Positions 25,585 through 37,826 of a stretch of DNA of 64,000 nucleotides are shown piece by piece (within the stretch, counting starts at the first letter, position 1; each line of letters starts with the position of its first letter). The notes below the pieces were generated by a model. It worked only from the letters and a program-made list of their open reading frames with translations, was not told where the DNA came from and ran no database searches. The position numbers and the translations under genes are program-made. Origin of the DNA: Octopus sinensis (Eukaryota); assembly GCF_006345805.1 (NCBI RefSeq), contig NC_042999.1, positions 38,812,001 to 38,876,000 on the forward strand, read 5' to 3'.

Positions 25585-26987
25585 ATATAGATATAGATGT
25601 ATAAAAATATATATATGAGCATGTATTCATAATTCATTGATGCAACTCATGCGTTTGTAAGTGAAAATAAAATAAATTACAATGTAGGAGACTTATTAGC
25701 CACTGAATATGCTCAAAACCCTTTAACTTCATTCAGTCATATACCATGTGGTATCAAATCTTTCGTCCCATCACCTGCACCCTTTTTATTAATATGGTTA
25801 TGTAGACTGATCACTAATACACCCAGTAAATTTCTTACCTACAATTACCGTACACGACATTGTCCTATACTATAAAACGAGGAAATAACGATGTTCGTCT
25901 TTAAAAAAAAAATGCATATATAGCGGGCGATGTGTATTTCAGGACGTTTACTTATCACTATATTACTATCTTTATTAAGGACGCTTAATTATCTCTACAT
26001 TACTATCTTCAAACTCATTAAAATATTATTTTATTTATTTCGGAACCCGCACCACGGAATGCTAGATAAACAATTATTGTTGCCATATCAGAATGGACCA
26101 TCAGAAAAAAGTTATGCACGACAATATTCGATTTACATGTCCTATAATCTTGAGCTGTCTACAAATTTTGTACACATAATTGTTGTTTCGAACACGACAA
26201 AATGATATCATCTATTTTATGATTGCCAAACTTGCCCGTATGACATTTATCAAGAGTTGGGTTATTTATAATAAATGTTGGAATTTACTAGATTTCAACC
26301 TATACTCCTTCGCCAGCGTGCAACATTACACTGAAGCTTCAGCATGAAATCTAATTATTTGTTAGGTTTTGCTGGATGAGTTATTGATAATTTGCATGAG
26401 GATTATATTCATGTAAGAAATACGGTATTTATTTGAATTTATTGCTATCATTACATGATATTATCTCTATTAATTTTGTGAATAAAATTTTATATTTTCG
26501 AATATTTTTCTGTATATTAAATATGTCACGTATTCATATTTTAGGAATTCTTACCTTCTGATTGTAAATTTAATTTCCTATAAAATTAATATTTATTAAA
26601 TATTCATTTAATTTATATCTCATTTCGCACTCCTTGTTTGTTTTCACATACACAAACACAATGCATCATAATTTGAAAAGTTAGATATGTTATTCAAAAC
26701 TGGAAATATAATTTGAATTACAAGCCACCGACGTACATAATGCATACATACATACATACACACATACATACATATATACATGCATACATACATACAAACA
26801 TACATACATACAGACAGACATAGATAGATTTGCGTGCATGTGTGTGTGCATTGTGTATAAGTCTTCATATATGTCTGTGGGTATAGTCGTGTGTCAGTGT
26901 GTGTACTTTGTGTATATGTGTTTATATATAGATGTGTGTGTGGTTGCGTGTGTATGAGTACATATATATATATACAAATATATATAT

Positions 26988-27047
<60 letters not shown>

Positions 27048-27067
27048 AATATAAATATATATATATA

Positions 27068-27148
<81 letters not shown>

Positions 27149-30100
27149 TATATGTGTAAGTATGTATATATATAATGCATGTACTTAACTCAGTGCATAG
27201 CACATTATGGATATATATTATGATATATAATATGGAAGATGAATATTTAATATTACAGCAAGAAAATCTTATTTTTTGCCTTTAAGGTTTCATCTATCTA
27301 ATAAAAATTGTATGACCATATCAGTATGACTTCTGGCATAATTCGTTCGGCATAATTTCCTTAAACCATATTTATAATCGACCAATGCAACCATGACATG
27401 CACTATGCTTAAACTTCACTCCAAAATTAAATGTGCATGCATAAGTTAACTCGCTCTCCTTTCATGAAGAACAATGACGTCCAGTTACTCGGACTCAAAC
27501 TCTTTACCCCAGAGTATGCAAAAATGGCTTGCTCCCATTACTGGGTATTCCAACTTCCTCGAACTCACCCTCTGCATGAGTACGTTTTCGACGATATGCC
27601 TTCCTCTAATGAGGCCACATATAATTATTCACCCATCTATCAATTCCATGCAGATAAAAACTCTATGCCTGAGCACTTTGAAACAATTCATTGATAGCTA
27701 CTTTTTAACTGTCAAGAAAAAACAGACTATGAACGCCTGAAGAAAGCAACTCTCCCACTAAACCTGGGGAATGGTCACTCAGCATGTACTTTCACCTCAC
27801 AAAATACAACCGACCACTTTGCATTCCTTCAAAAATATTTTCCGCTAAATTTGTAAAATTTTATTTCCACCACAAGGATGGTTCTACGACAAGTACATCC
27901 CCGGTGAAATCCTCTAAATTCATTGCCTGTTTTGCATCAAATACGATGCTTCATGTACTTGGTAAATATTTTCCAATTATATCCCCTTTCACCCTTACCA
28001 GATTCATGACATTACTTACATTCTCGCCAGATGTAAAACACACTAACAATTGCTTTAATATAACAAACCAACGGCCTTGTGAATGGCCATTCTATCAGCC
28101 ACAAACATAGCCCCAGAAATAGCAGCACGTATTCCTTGAAAGCTTATTGCATTTGGGAGACTGAGATATCGTGTAATTCCTGTGCAAATATCCCATGAAC
28201 TATTCATATAAAGAAAAATACCGCACCTCGCTTTCTTTAAACAGACACACATACCATGCATCTATAGCTTTTGATATCGCTTCTTATCTTAATCCTCACT
28301 ATCATTGAGTATAGTGATGAAAGTACAGTCGAGGATCGCTTCTCAAAGACTGTCCTTTTATTAAGGAGTAGGAAACATTTCTGCTCTCAACATATATTGG
28401 CACTCAACAACGATCAGTTACTGTTTTATACTACACATATGGGAAGAAAATGATACTGCAATGCAAGAGGGAAATGAAAATGTGGTTACAAAAGTATTAC
28501 AATAAAGCTTGAATTTTTTATAATATCTGCTGTCCACGTTTCTTAAAATCTGATCCACAGAAAAAGTGCAAACATGAAGAAGACGTAGTAACGCAAACAG
28601 ATTGATATTGTTACGTGAACTAACTGGTGTTGTGCAAAATTTATTTGCTGCAGGTAAATGTATTTTTTTTAACACCTATTTGTTGTAAATGAACTGGAAA
28701 AACGAAAACTGATGACAAGATGTGCACTTTGATATTAATAAACGGACATATTTCAAATACATATTTATATTCTCTAGAAAAATAAATGCCTTAAATGAAA
28801 TATAACATTATATTGATTACGAATATCATTATATGAATTATAACATTATGTGAATTACGAATTAAGATAAGATAATTTAACATTTTAAAATACAGTCAAC
28901 TGAAGAAAATATTACCAGCACATGTATATATACAATTCGAATATACAATTCGGTAGAAATCTATTTCACTGCTTTCTTATTGCTCATATTTACATTTGTG
29001 CTATCTTACAAAAATATTTCGATGTTTCTACCTTTGCCGCTATATAATATATTATTCTCATTAAGAAGACGTATCCGTTAGTAATGTAATTTTTCTGATA
29101 AAGTTGAAATACATTTCCCGGATAATAAATGATTCCCTGTTGAGTTCCAGATGAATCTTTTTTTCCTAAACAAAATATCATCTGCAGAGTGTTAAAATAT
29201 CATTTCCCTTTCTCTTTAAGATATTTTTCTGCAGAATATTTTATATCGTCAGAATAATTTACACTACATTCATCTCTTAAATGATACATTCTGTTGCTCA
29301 CTATCTCCTAATTTTTATCTTTGAATTCTCTCACTAGAGGTGTGTGATACTATGATGCTTTTAGTTTATATTTTTAAAGATAAAAAACATTTCCATTAAG
29401 TAGTCGCTACGTCACTTTGAGATCTTACAATGAACATCACAAACTTACAGAGAAATTCACAAGTGCGAATTTTTTTTTATTTAGCATGACTACGCATTCT
29501 ATATATTTTGAATGGTCTATGCCTAATGGTACACATCTATATAGTTTGAATGGCATACTCATAAATCTACAAAGATTTACTTCCGTTAAACTTTTCAGCA
29601 AGATACATGCAATACATGTATTGTTCATGAAGTCAGTTAAAATTTTGCATTTTGTTAAATCCCAAACAATAATCCAATTACAGTTAAGTCAGTTATACTG
29701 ACTTCTGCTTTTATGCACGCTTTTTTTGTGAAATGTATTGAGGAACAGCAAAAATATACTTTCATTGAAATACACATTGCGCAGAAACACACTTGCATAT
29801 AAATGTATAAAAGCAAAACATGAATTTTTTACTTATATTTTCGTAATGTTTCGTATATGTTTTACTATTAGTGCAGTAGGTAATAGAGTTACAAATTCGG
29901 GAAAAAAAAAGATTTCATGGAATATCTTGTTGCAGTAATTTAAAATTTCCAATCCTGTCAAATGAGATTATGCATATCATATTCACTGAAACATCAAATA
30001 AATGTTATTCAAATAAATGTTATAGCAATTACCTCATTGTGTTGAGACCATTAAGGGTATCAGTAGTGTCACAATATTTCTGAAACAAAGTGATCGGTAT

Positions 30101-30689
30101 AAGTCAGCTGATGAGGGGAATTATCTCTAGATTATACAAATAGTGTATTTCTTTCTTTTATGCAACCTCTCATTTTCACTAAGTATTACCTATTTCTTTT
30201 ACCTTTGTCTCTCTATTTGTCTCCATTTTTCACGCTAACTCTCTGTTTCACCGATTTCTATTCAGAAAATTCAATTCAGCTTCTCCACGTCGTTTATCGG
30301 CGCTTTGTTTTCCTTCATTTCAGCTTCAGTTCCATTTAATAATACACATATGGATGTTGCCTTCATTTTGTTCTTAGTTCTGAAATTAACTTATGAAGAA
30401 TTACTTTTACTATTCCTTAGTTTTGCCGTCCTAATCAAAATATCTATTGTCATGTGACAATTCTTTCATGCTAGCCTTGTCGTAAATATGAATGTTGTTT
30501 TTCACACGACCATCACAAATATCGGAAACATTGTTTAGTTTTTCACAAAATGACAAAGTAAAAATCAATCTGGATAGGTCTTTCAAAGCCCCAATTCCAA
30601 GGTTCATATGCTTAAATGTTCGGTTTAGAGAGATGAATAGTTGACGAAGGCAATAGAAAATTGCTTCCTTTGCATTATTTCAACGCCAA

Positions 30690-30897
30690 TGATTATAAGA
30701 TTGTGGTTTCGATTCCTAGACCGGGTGACACGTTCTGTTCTTGAGCAAAACACTTCATTTTACGTTGCTCCAGTCCACTCAGCTGGCAACAATGAGTAAC
30801 GATGTGATGGACTGGCGTTCCGTCCAGCTGGAGAACACATACGCCATAGAAACCGGGAAACCGGGCCCATGAGCCTGACTTGGATTTAAAAGGGCCC

Positions 30898-30900
<3 letters not shown>
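30690..30900 (+). mobile_element. SINE family D
   Basis: GTTTCGATTCCTAGACCGGG...GATGGACTGGCGTTCCGTCCAGCTGG...CATGAGCCTG; homologous to 11615-11862. Confidence 0.75.
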
Positions 30901-30975
<75 letters not shown>

Positions 30976-31380
30976 GTGTGTGTGTTTGTGTGTGTGTGTG
31001 TAATACACAATATATAGATTTAACTAATCCGGCATTATACATTAAGAAGCTCCTTTTATTAATGGATCAAGATACAGACCACATAATAAACCATACCTAA
31101 ACAAAGGAGTGTAACGTATAATTTGATGCTGTTGAAATCCAATAAATACAATTCGTAATGAACATTTCATTAGGAATGTATAAAATATAAAGAAAGAGAG
31201 GAGGTGTAAGTTGAAGATATTTATTTCAACAGTTGATATCCACGGATGGCAACTGGCGAAATAAATATACATTCTCTCTTTCTTTAATCGTTAATGACAT
31301 GAAATATCTTTTGACCCTCCGTCCGATAACTGTTGAGGAGTTTGTGCATATATTATATTTTTGTTTACATTAATATATAC

Positions 31381-31425
<45 letters not shown>

Positions 31426-31435
31426 TATATATATA

Positions 31436-31477
<42 letters not shown>

Positions 31478-31954
31478 TATATATATATATATATATATAG
31501 ATAGATAGATAGATAGATAGATAAATACTGAGAGAGAGAGAGGGGGGAGACAGAAGGAGAATTATGTGAATAAACAAATAAGTTCGCTCGGGTTTCATAT
31601 ATATATAAAAGCAACGAAGCGTTAGCAGTGTTTGCAACTAAAAGAATGCGGAAGGAAGGGCTGAAAATATTCAGGCGATGAATATTCAAATATAAATTTA
31701 TGAATACTTATAGAGTAATAAATAAAACTTACACGTAGGGGGCTCTTTTCATTCCGCGAACATGTTCCTTCATAGAGATATCCAAGTGTCAGTTCATGTC
31801 ATTAGAAATCTACGAAGTGTTTCTATATTGAGAATCTCTGAATCTCATCTCCTGACACACAGTCACACACACACACACACACTCTCTCTCTCAATCTCTC
31901 TCTCTCCCTCTCTCTGTCTCTCTCTCTCTGTATGTCTGTTTGTATATGTGTTTG

Positions 31955-32300
31955 GGCGTACCTTGTCAGATCTAATTTATGTAGAAAATGGTGTAAAACA
32001 AGCTGATATTCCTGCGCCTACATTGTTTGCTATGCATTTTGCTATAGTCTTTCAAATAGCTTTTGCAGAATGCACGGAAGGGGTCTATATAAGTTATAGG
32101 ACAACGAGAACACTCTTCAATCTCAGAAGACTCTATGCAAAAACGAAAGTTCTGCATTCTCATCTCGTTCAGTTCCTGTAAGCGGACGATTTTGACCTGT
32201 TGGGACATTCCTAGAAATATATGCAGCACATGATGAATGCAATTTCTGCAGCATGCGCAGCATAGGGTCTAACGATCAATCTAAAAAAAATCTAAAAAAA
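31955..32300 (+). pseudogene. RTE-clade (BovB-like) RT fragment
   Basis: NGVKQADIPAPTLF...AF...GVYISYRT...LFNLRRLYAKTKV followed by a degenerate ADD; this insert between RT motifs is typical of the RTE clade. Confidence 0.8.
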
Positions 32301-32394
32301 AATCCAAGATGTGTGTGCAACTTTTATAACTGTGAATAGTCAAAGGTTGGAGACTGCACTAGATTACACCAACGCTCAAAAAGTGTGGCTGCCC

Positions 32395-32770
32395 TAATTA
32401 CGGAACCTGCATCGACCTTATTGAAGACACAGCATACAAATTCAAATCAGGAAAGACTTTTACCGTAAAAAAATCACTTTACATTATCTTGAAAGAATTT
32501 AATACACGCTATTAAATATCAAGGATATAATAGCTCAAAGAAAGCTTACTCTAAGAAATAGACTGACCATTCACCGACAACAAATACGAGCCACCCCAGT
32601 ATTAGATATATTCCACTGAGTGGAGACATGAACAAATGCTCAAAAATAAGTCCCTAAAATTCCTGGTCTTCCCACTCTACCTATGTTCAGCGAATACCAC
32701 AGATGAAGCACGCATAAACAGAGAAAATACTTTCATACAAAAGTACAAACCAAGGGCTAACAAACTTTAA
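32395..32770 (+). pseudogene. Decayed PLE GIY-YIG remnant
   Basis: FKSGKTFTVKK, LTLRNRLTIHRQQIR and RINRENTFIQKYKPRAN, homologous to the 5677-6057 protein. Confidence 0.75.
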
Positions 32771-33534
32771 GAGATTACAAACACAAATGAATATTCATAC
32801 ACAAAACTTATACTGACAATTATTACGAGGAACCTACACACCTAAAAACCTAAACTTTAGCCACTGGACTATATACAAACGTTTCTTGTTTACTCACCCA
32901 CCAGACATCAAATTTCGAGTGCCTTGATTATAATTAAACATGTTCACTCATCCGTGTGGGTCTACTTTTTAGGAGCAAAATATACTGTCACCTGATGCGA
33001 ATGCACGGACGTAGCCGGAAATGTACAAACGGTTATAAACTTAATCCTGTGTTCGTTCTCTATGAACGCTTGACAGGAAACATTCACAGCATTAATTATT
33101 TTGATATGTTCAGTCAAACGTATCAGCCTTAACTTCCGACGCCAAACATTCTCACTCACGGATGTAGCGGGGAATCTATAAACATTTCTAAAACCGGTCA
33201 TGTGATTATCCTGTTCAAAACATACTAATTTGAGCAATGAACTCCCTATAAAAATAGGGCAAACTTCAGAAACTAGTCAGAGGCAAGACAGCTTCAACAT
33301 TAGCTACGTCTTGATATTTGAACATTTTGAAAATCAGTGTAAGCTGTGAAACCAGTTAAAGCTTTAAATTTATTAACAGAAAATATTATAACTATTCTTA
33401 GGGCATTTTCAATTTCTGTTTTGCACATATATATATATATATATGTGTGTGTGTATGTGTGTGTGTGTGTGTGCGTATGTGAGTGTGCGCGCGCTTGTGG
33501 GCGTGCGTGTCTGTTTGTATATGTATGACTAAAA

Positions 33535-33725
33535 ACTAAGGCGGTGAGATGGAAGAAGCTTAGGACGCCGGGAAAAATATTTTGTAACTTTTAGTCTGTC
33601 CTTACGTTCTGTGTTTCGAGGCCGTCCTTGCATTCCATCCTTTCTGTATCGATGACAGAAGTACCAGATGGGCATTGCCTTCGTTGTAATCAACTAATCC
33701 ACTTCAGAATATTGCTGGCTTTGTG
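33535..33725 (+). mobile_element. SINE family B, degenerate
   Basis: AAGGCGGTGAGATGGAAGAAG...ACGCCGGG head and ACGTTCTG body, similar to the 45.1-45.27 kb copy. Confidence 0.55.
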
Positions 33726-33863
33726 ATAAAATTTGAAACCATTATATGAATCTGAGCTAGATAAATTCAGTTTGAATTTAAATATACAAAAATGTATATA
33801 ACTATATGCGTGCCCAAAAGTAAACACGCACATACATACATGCATATACACATACTTTCATAT

Positions 33864-33913
<50 letters not shown>

Positions 33914-34080
33914 ATTTGTGGTATTCTTATATATATATATATACATACATATATGCAAAGTGAGAGAGAGGGAGAGAGAGATAGAGGGTGAGTGAGAAAC
34001 AAACAGAGACAGACACGTACACGCGCAAATATGTGTATATATTCTCTATGCGTGCAGGACATGCAATCACACACTCACAG

Positions 34081-34114
<34 letters not shown>

Positions 34115-34155
34115 ATATATATATTAATATATATATATATATATATATCTGCATA

Positions 34156-34215
<60 letters not shown>

Positions 34216-34533
34216 CGTATCTATACACGCTGGTGTCTATATCTGTATTCTATATGCGATAAGTACTATACAATTACGTTGCTTTTGAAAGCCGAATTCA
34301 AAAAGTATTATCTACTGTAATTATATTTTATAATTAAATGTTAAAATGTGATTGGTAGTGAAACATGTTTTCAGATATTGATACGGTAAATATTTATGTT
34401 ACACTTTACTTCATCTTGTTTGTTTTTGTTTCCCCTGTAGCCATCTGTGTTTCTTGTTTAAAGAGATATACAAATACCACAAACACTACAAATTAAAACA
34501 CACACACAGGAATGAGTATATGCGTGTATATAT

Positions 34534-34583
<50 letters not shown>

Positions 34584-34654
34584 TATATATATATCTGAAT
34601 ATATGTGTATACATGTGTACTTATTTTCGAAATCTCTACCTTAGGATGTGGGTT

Positions 34655-34770
34655 AAACAGGTGCGGTAGTGTGTTATGAAGCCTGCTTACCAATCACATG
34701 GTACCGGGTTCAGTCCCACTGCGTGGCACCTTGTACATTAAGCCTTCTACTAAACTGAAAGAAGCCCGTG
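34655..34770 (+). mobile_element. SINE family A 5' fragment
   Basis: GCTTACCAATCACATGGTACCGGGTTCAGTCCCACTGCGTGGCACCTTG. Confidence 0.7.
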
Positions 34771-34926
34771 GAATACACACGTACATACATACATACATAT
34801 ATATATATATGTATATATATATGTGTCTAAATATATGCATATATATATTAATATGTATATATATAAATGTATATGTATATATATATGTGTGTCTATATAT
34901 ATATACATATATATATATTTATTACG

Positions 34927-34984
<58 letters not shown>

Positions 34985-35010
34985 TATATATATATATATA
35001 TATATATGTA

Positions 35011-35795
35011 TTGTATATAAATAAAAGAGGCAGGCAACAGGTTGTTTAGCAAGCTACCGAAAAATCAGAAATAGCAGCCAAAGACTGTTTATTTGTATTT
35101 TCTACAAATAAGACTCCGCATACGACATATCCCTGTAATTCACATATGCAAAACAGGAGGAAGAATAACGAAAACAAAGTCTAACGCTTATTTACGAACG
35201 CGCTTCTAGATTAGGAATATAATAAAATATAAATTCCATGTCTTTCATCAGCGTAAGGCTCTACTAAAATAGATTTAGCAAATGCTGCGTACCTCCACTT
35301 CTCGATCAGGTGACATGGAAATAGTGGAAGAAAGCAAGCATAGGCCAAACCTATATAGACGATTGAATCCGTAAATCTTCCCTCTAAAATTTTACCATGC
35401 GTATTACAAAACTAGTTCCTTAGAGATAGAAACTATGGGTTGTCGTAGGGGAGTGAAAATTCCAATTAGTAATATAATAAGAGTAAATAATAGATTTAAT
35501 GTTTTTTAAAAAAACAACAATTATCTACGGGTAGATTTCGGCATGTAAATATAACCATTAACGGTAGGAACTTTTATAAAAGTTCAATATATATTTTTGT
35601 ATATAAATAAAAGAGGCAGGCAACAAGCAACCTGTTGCCTGCCTCTTTTATTTATATTCAAAGTATATATTGAACTTTTATAGAAGTTCCTAACGTTAAT
35701 GGTTATATTTACATGCCGAAATCTACCAGTAAGTAATTGTTGCTTTTTTCCTTTTTAAACCATTAAAGCTATCATTTACTCTTATTATATTACTA
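35011..35795. mobile_element. Non-coding fold-back element with decayed HHR (probable non-autonomous PLE derivative)
   Basis: Inverted arms 35467-35625 / 35633-35795, a direct terminal copy at 35011-35043, an HHR-like motif at 35192-35256 (minus) and (TA)n on both sides. Confidence 0.55.
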
Positions 35796-35863
35796 TATAT
35801 ATATATATATATATATATGCATATGCATATATTAATATGTATATATATATATTATATATATAT

Positions 35864-35911
<48 letters not shown>

Positions 35912-35914
35912 TAA

Positions 35915-36126
35915 GTCACAAGAAATTTGAAGAGCTAACTGCGAAACCGGTATTTCTTTAAAAATTATAAAATTATGTCATTTTAAGGAAAGGAAAAAAG
36001 AAAAAAAAAAAAAAAAATTTTTTTTCCAATATTCTCCAGACATTTTGACGCAAATATATATATTTTTTAACATTTAAGCCTTCTGTCGTTTTTTCACTCT
36101 TTACTATTTTCTTATATATATATATA
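35915..36126 (+). mobile_element. Solo PLE 3' end (pLTR fragment) with HHR
   Basis: Close match to 9920-10105; motif AAGAAAT-TTGAAGA-GC(TAACT)GC-GAAA-CCGG-TA-TTTCTT at 35920-35958. Confidence 0.85.
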
Positions 36127-36860
36127 ACGTTTAAATAACGTTTAATATTGTTTAATATTGTTAATAATTATTGTTAATTAGCCTTAAGATTAAATTAAAT
36201 AACGTTTAATATTGTTTTAATATTGTTAATAATTCTTCAGATACTCTATCTTCTAATTAGCCTTAAGATTAAATTAAATAACGTTTAATATTACCCACAC
36301 TCTAATATAATATTAACATTGCTAATATATTTTCAGATACTCTATCTCCTGATTAGCCTTAAGATTAAATAACGTTTTTATCCACACTCTAATATAATAT
36401 TAATATTGCTAATATATTTTCAGATACTCTATCTTCTAATTAGCCTTAAGATTAAATTAAATAACGTTTAATATTAATAATGTCTAATTAGCCTTAAGAT
36501 TAAATTAAATAACGGTTAATATTGCTTAATATTGTATATATAATTTTTCAGATACTCTGTCTTCTAATTAGCCTTAAGATTAAATTAAATAACGTTTAAT
36601 ATTACCCACACTCTAATATAATATTAATATTGCTAATATATTTTCAGATACTCTATCTCCTAATTAGCCTTAAGATTAAACAACGTTTTTATCCACACTC
36701 TAATATAATATTAATATTGCTAATATATTTTCAGATACTCTATCCCCTAATTAGCCTTAAGATTAAATAACGTTTTTACACAAATAACGTTTTTACACAA
36801 ACTTTAATATTGTTAATATTTCTTTTTCAAGTACTCTATCTTCTAATTAGCCTTAATATC
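36127..36860 (+). repeat. AT-rich tandem array with ~311-bp higher-order unit, directly upstream of LINE ORF1
   Basis: Nine copies of TTAGCCTTAA with the G at 36181, 36260, 36356, 36443, 36491, 36571, 36667, 36754 and 36850 (spacings 79, 96, 87, 48, 80, 96, 87, 96). Confidence 0.9.
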
Positions 36861-36917
36861 TTCCTGTCTTCTCTCGAACATAATTAGATAGATAAACGGA
36901 TAGACGGATTATCCAGC

Positions 36918-37826
36918 ATGTCCAGAGCATGGAGACGTGACGAGCTGGATTTATTTGTACGAGCATGGGAGTGCGCCGGCGGAGATAGCCCTAGGGAGGT
37001 GATTGCGGCTGCGCTGAAGAGCAGAGGCTACAAGAGGACAGCGGCTCAGATGGAGCGAAAGAGACAGGAATTCGTGCGCTCATATGCGCTTGTACGGTCG
37101 CACATTGGCGCACTTGATGCCATCTTTGAGAACGAGCGGAGCAAAGATGGCAAGAATGGAGACGATGAAAGAAGTCACCCCCACCTGGTGGACGCCCGGG
37201 AGGAGGTTTTGAATGAGAAACCTGCCCGGGAAGTGAACCCAGGTGCAAGTTCTCCAACCGGCAGCAAGGGCCATGGAGACGGAGAACCCGGTGAAGAGGT
37301 AGAGGGAGGAAGAAGAACTAAAAGAAGGACTGGAAGAGCTAAAGGAAAAGAAAAAGCTCAAGCAGGACCAAAGAGTGAAACAACCAGAAATAGAAGTGGA
37401 ACCGCAAAGGATGGAACCAAACAGCGCACACGGGTGTGTATGTTCTACCTGAGAGGTTCCTGCTGGCATGGAAAGGAAGGTGCAGGCTGCCGCTTTGCAC
37501 ATCGGGGACCCTGCCACAGAGACACGAGGCAGATGGACAAACCATCAACACAAAGAAAAGGGATGGACCACGCACCACCTGCCCCAAAGCGGAGGTACGC
37601 AGATGTTGTGCGCGCCACAAGCAGCCAACATGATGTCGAAAGAGCAGCTGCTGAGCAACAATCTTTTTTGTGCATGGCACAAAAGATTGTACAGCAGCTG
37701 ACCTGGCTTCATCAAACCCAAGCCCGCAGGTGGGACTACCCTCTATATACCAGACCACCACAGCAAACAGACACAGGATGGACACCGCCGGCAACAACGT
37801 ACACCTCACCTCGATACTCCTACTGA
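36918..37826 (+). CDS. LINE ORF1: Myb/SANT(trihelix)-like N-terminus, basic linker, CCCH zinc finger
   Basis: W..DE..LF..AW...VIAAALKSRGYKRTAAQMERKRQEFVRSY; CMFYLRGSCWHGKEGAGCRFAH (C-x7-C-x8-C-x3-H); overlaps the ORF2 start. Confidence 0.8.
   Translation: MSRAWRRDELDLFVRAWECAGGDSPREVIAAALKSRGYKRTAAQMERKRQEFVRSYALVRSHIGALDAIFENERSKDGKNGDDERSHPHLVDAREEVLNEKPAREVNPGASSPTGSKGHGDGEPGEEVEGGRRTKRRTGRAKGKEKAQAGPKSETTRNRSGTAKDGTKQRTRVCMFYLRGSCWHGKEGAGCRFAHRGPCHRDTRQMDKPSTQRKGMDHAPPAPKRRYADVVRATSSQHDVERAAAEQQSFLCMAQKIVQQLTWLHQTQARRWDYPLYTRPPQQTDTGWTPPATTYTSPRYSY

Noticed and set aside
27400-28700. Cluster of 60-110-aa ORFs in less repetitive DNA, considered as Helitron Rep or GPCR exons
   Set aside because: No recognisable motif or consistent reading frame.
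36127-36860. CRISPR-like repeat-spacer array
   Set aside because: The sequence between the conserved cores is itself repetitive, the context is eukaryotic and there are no cas genes.
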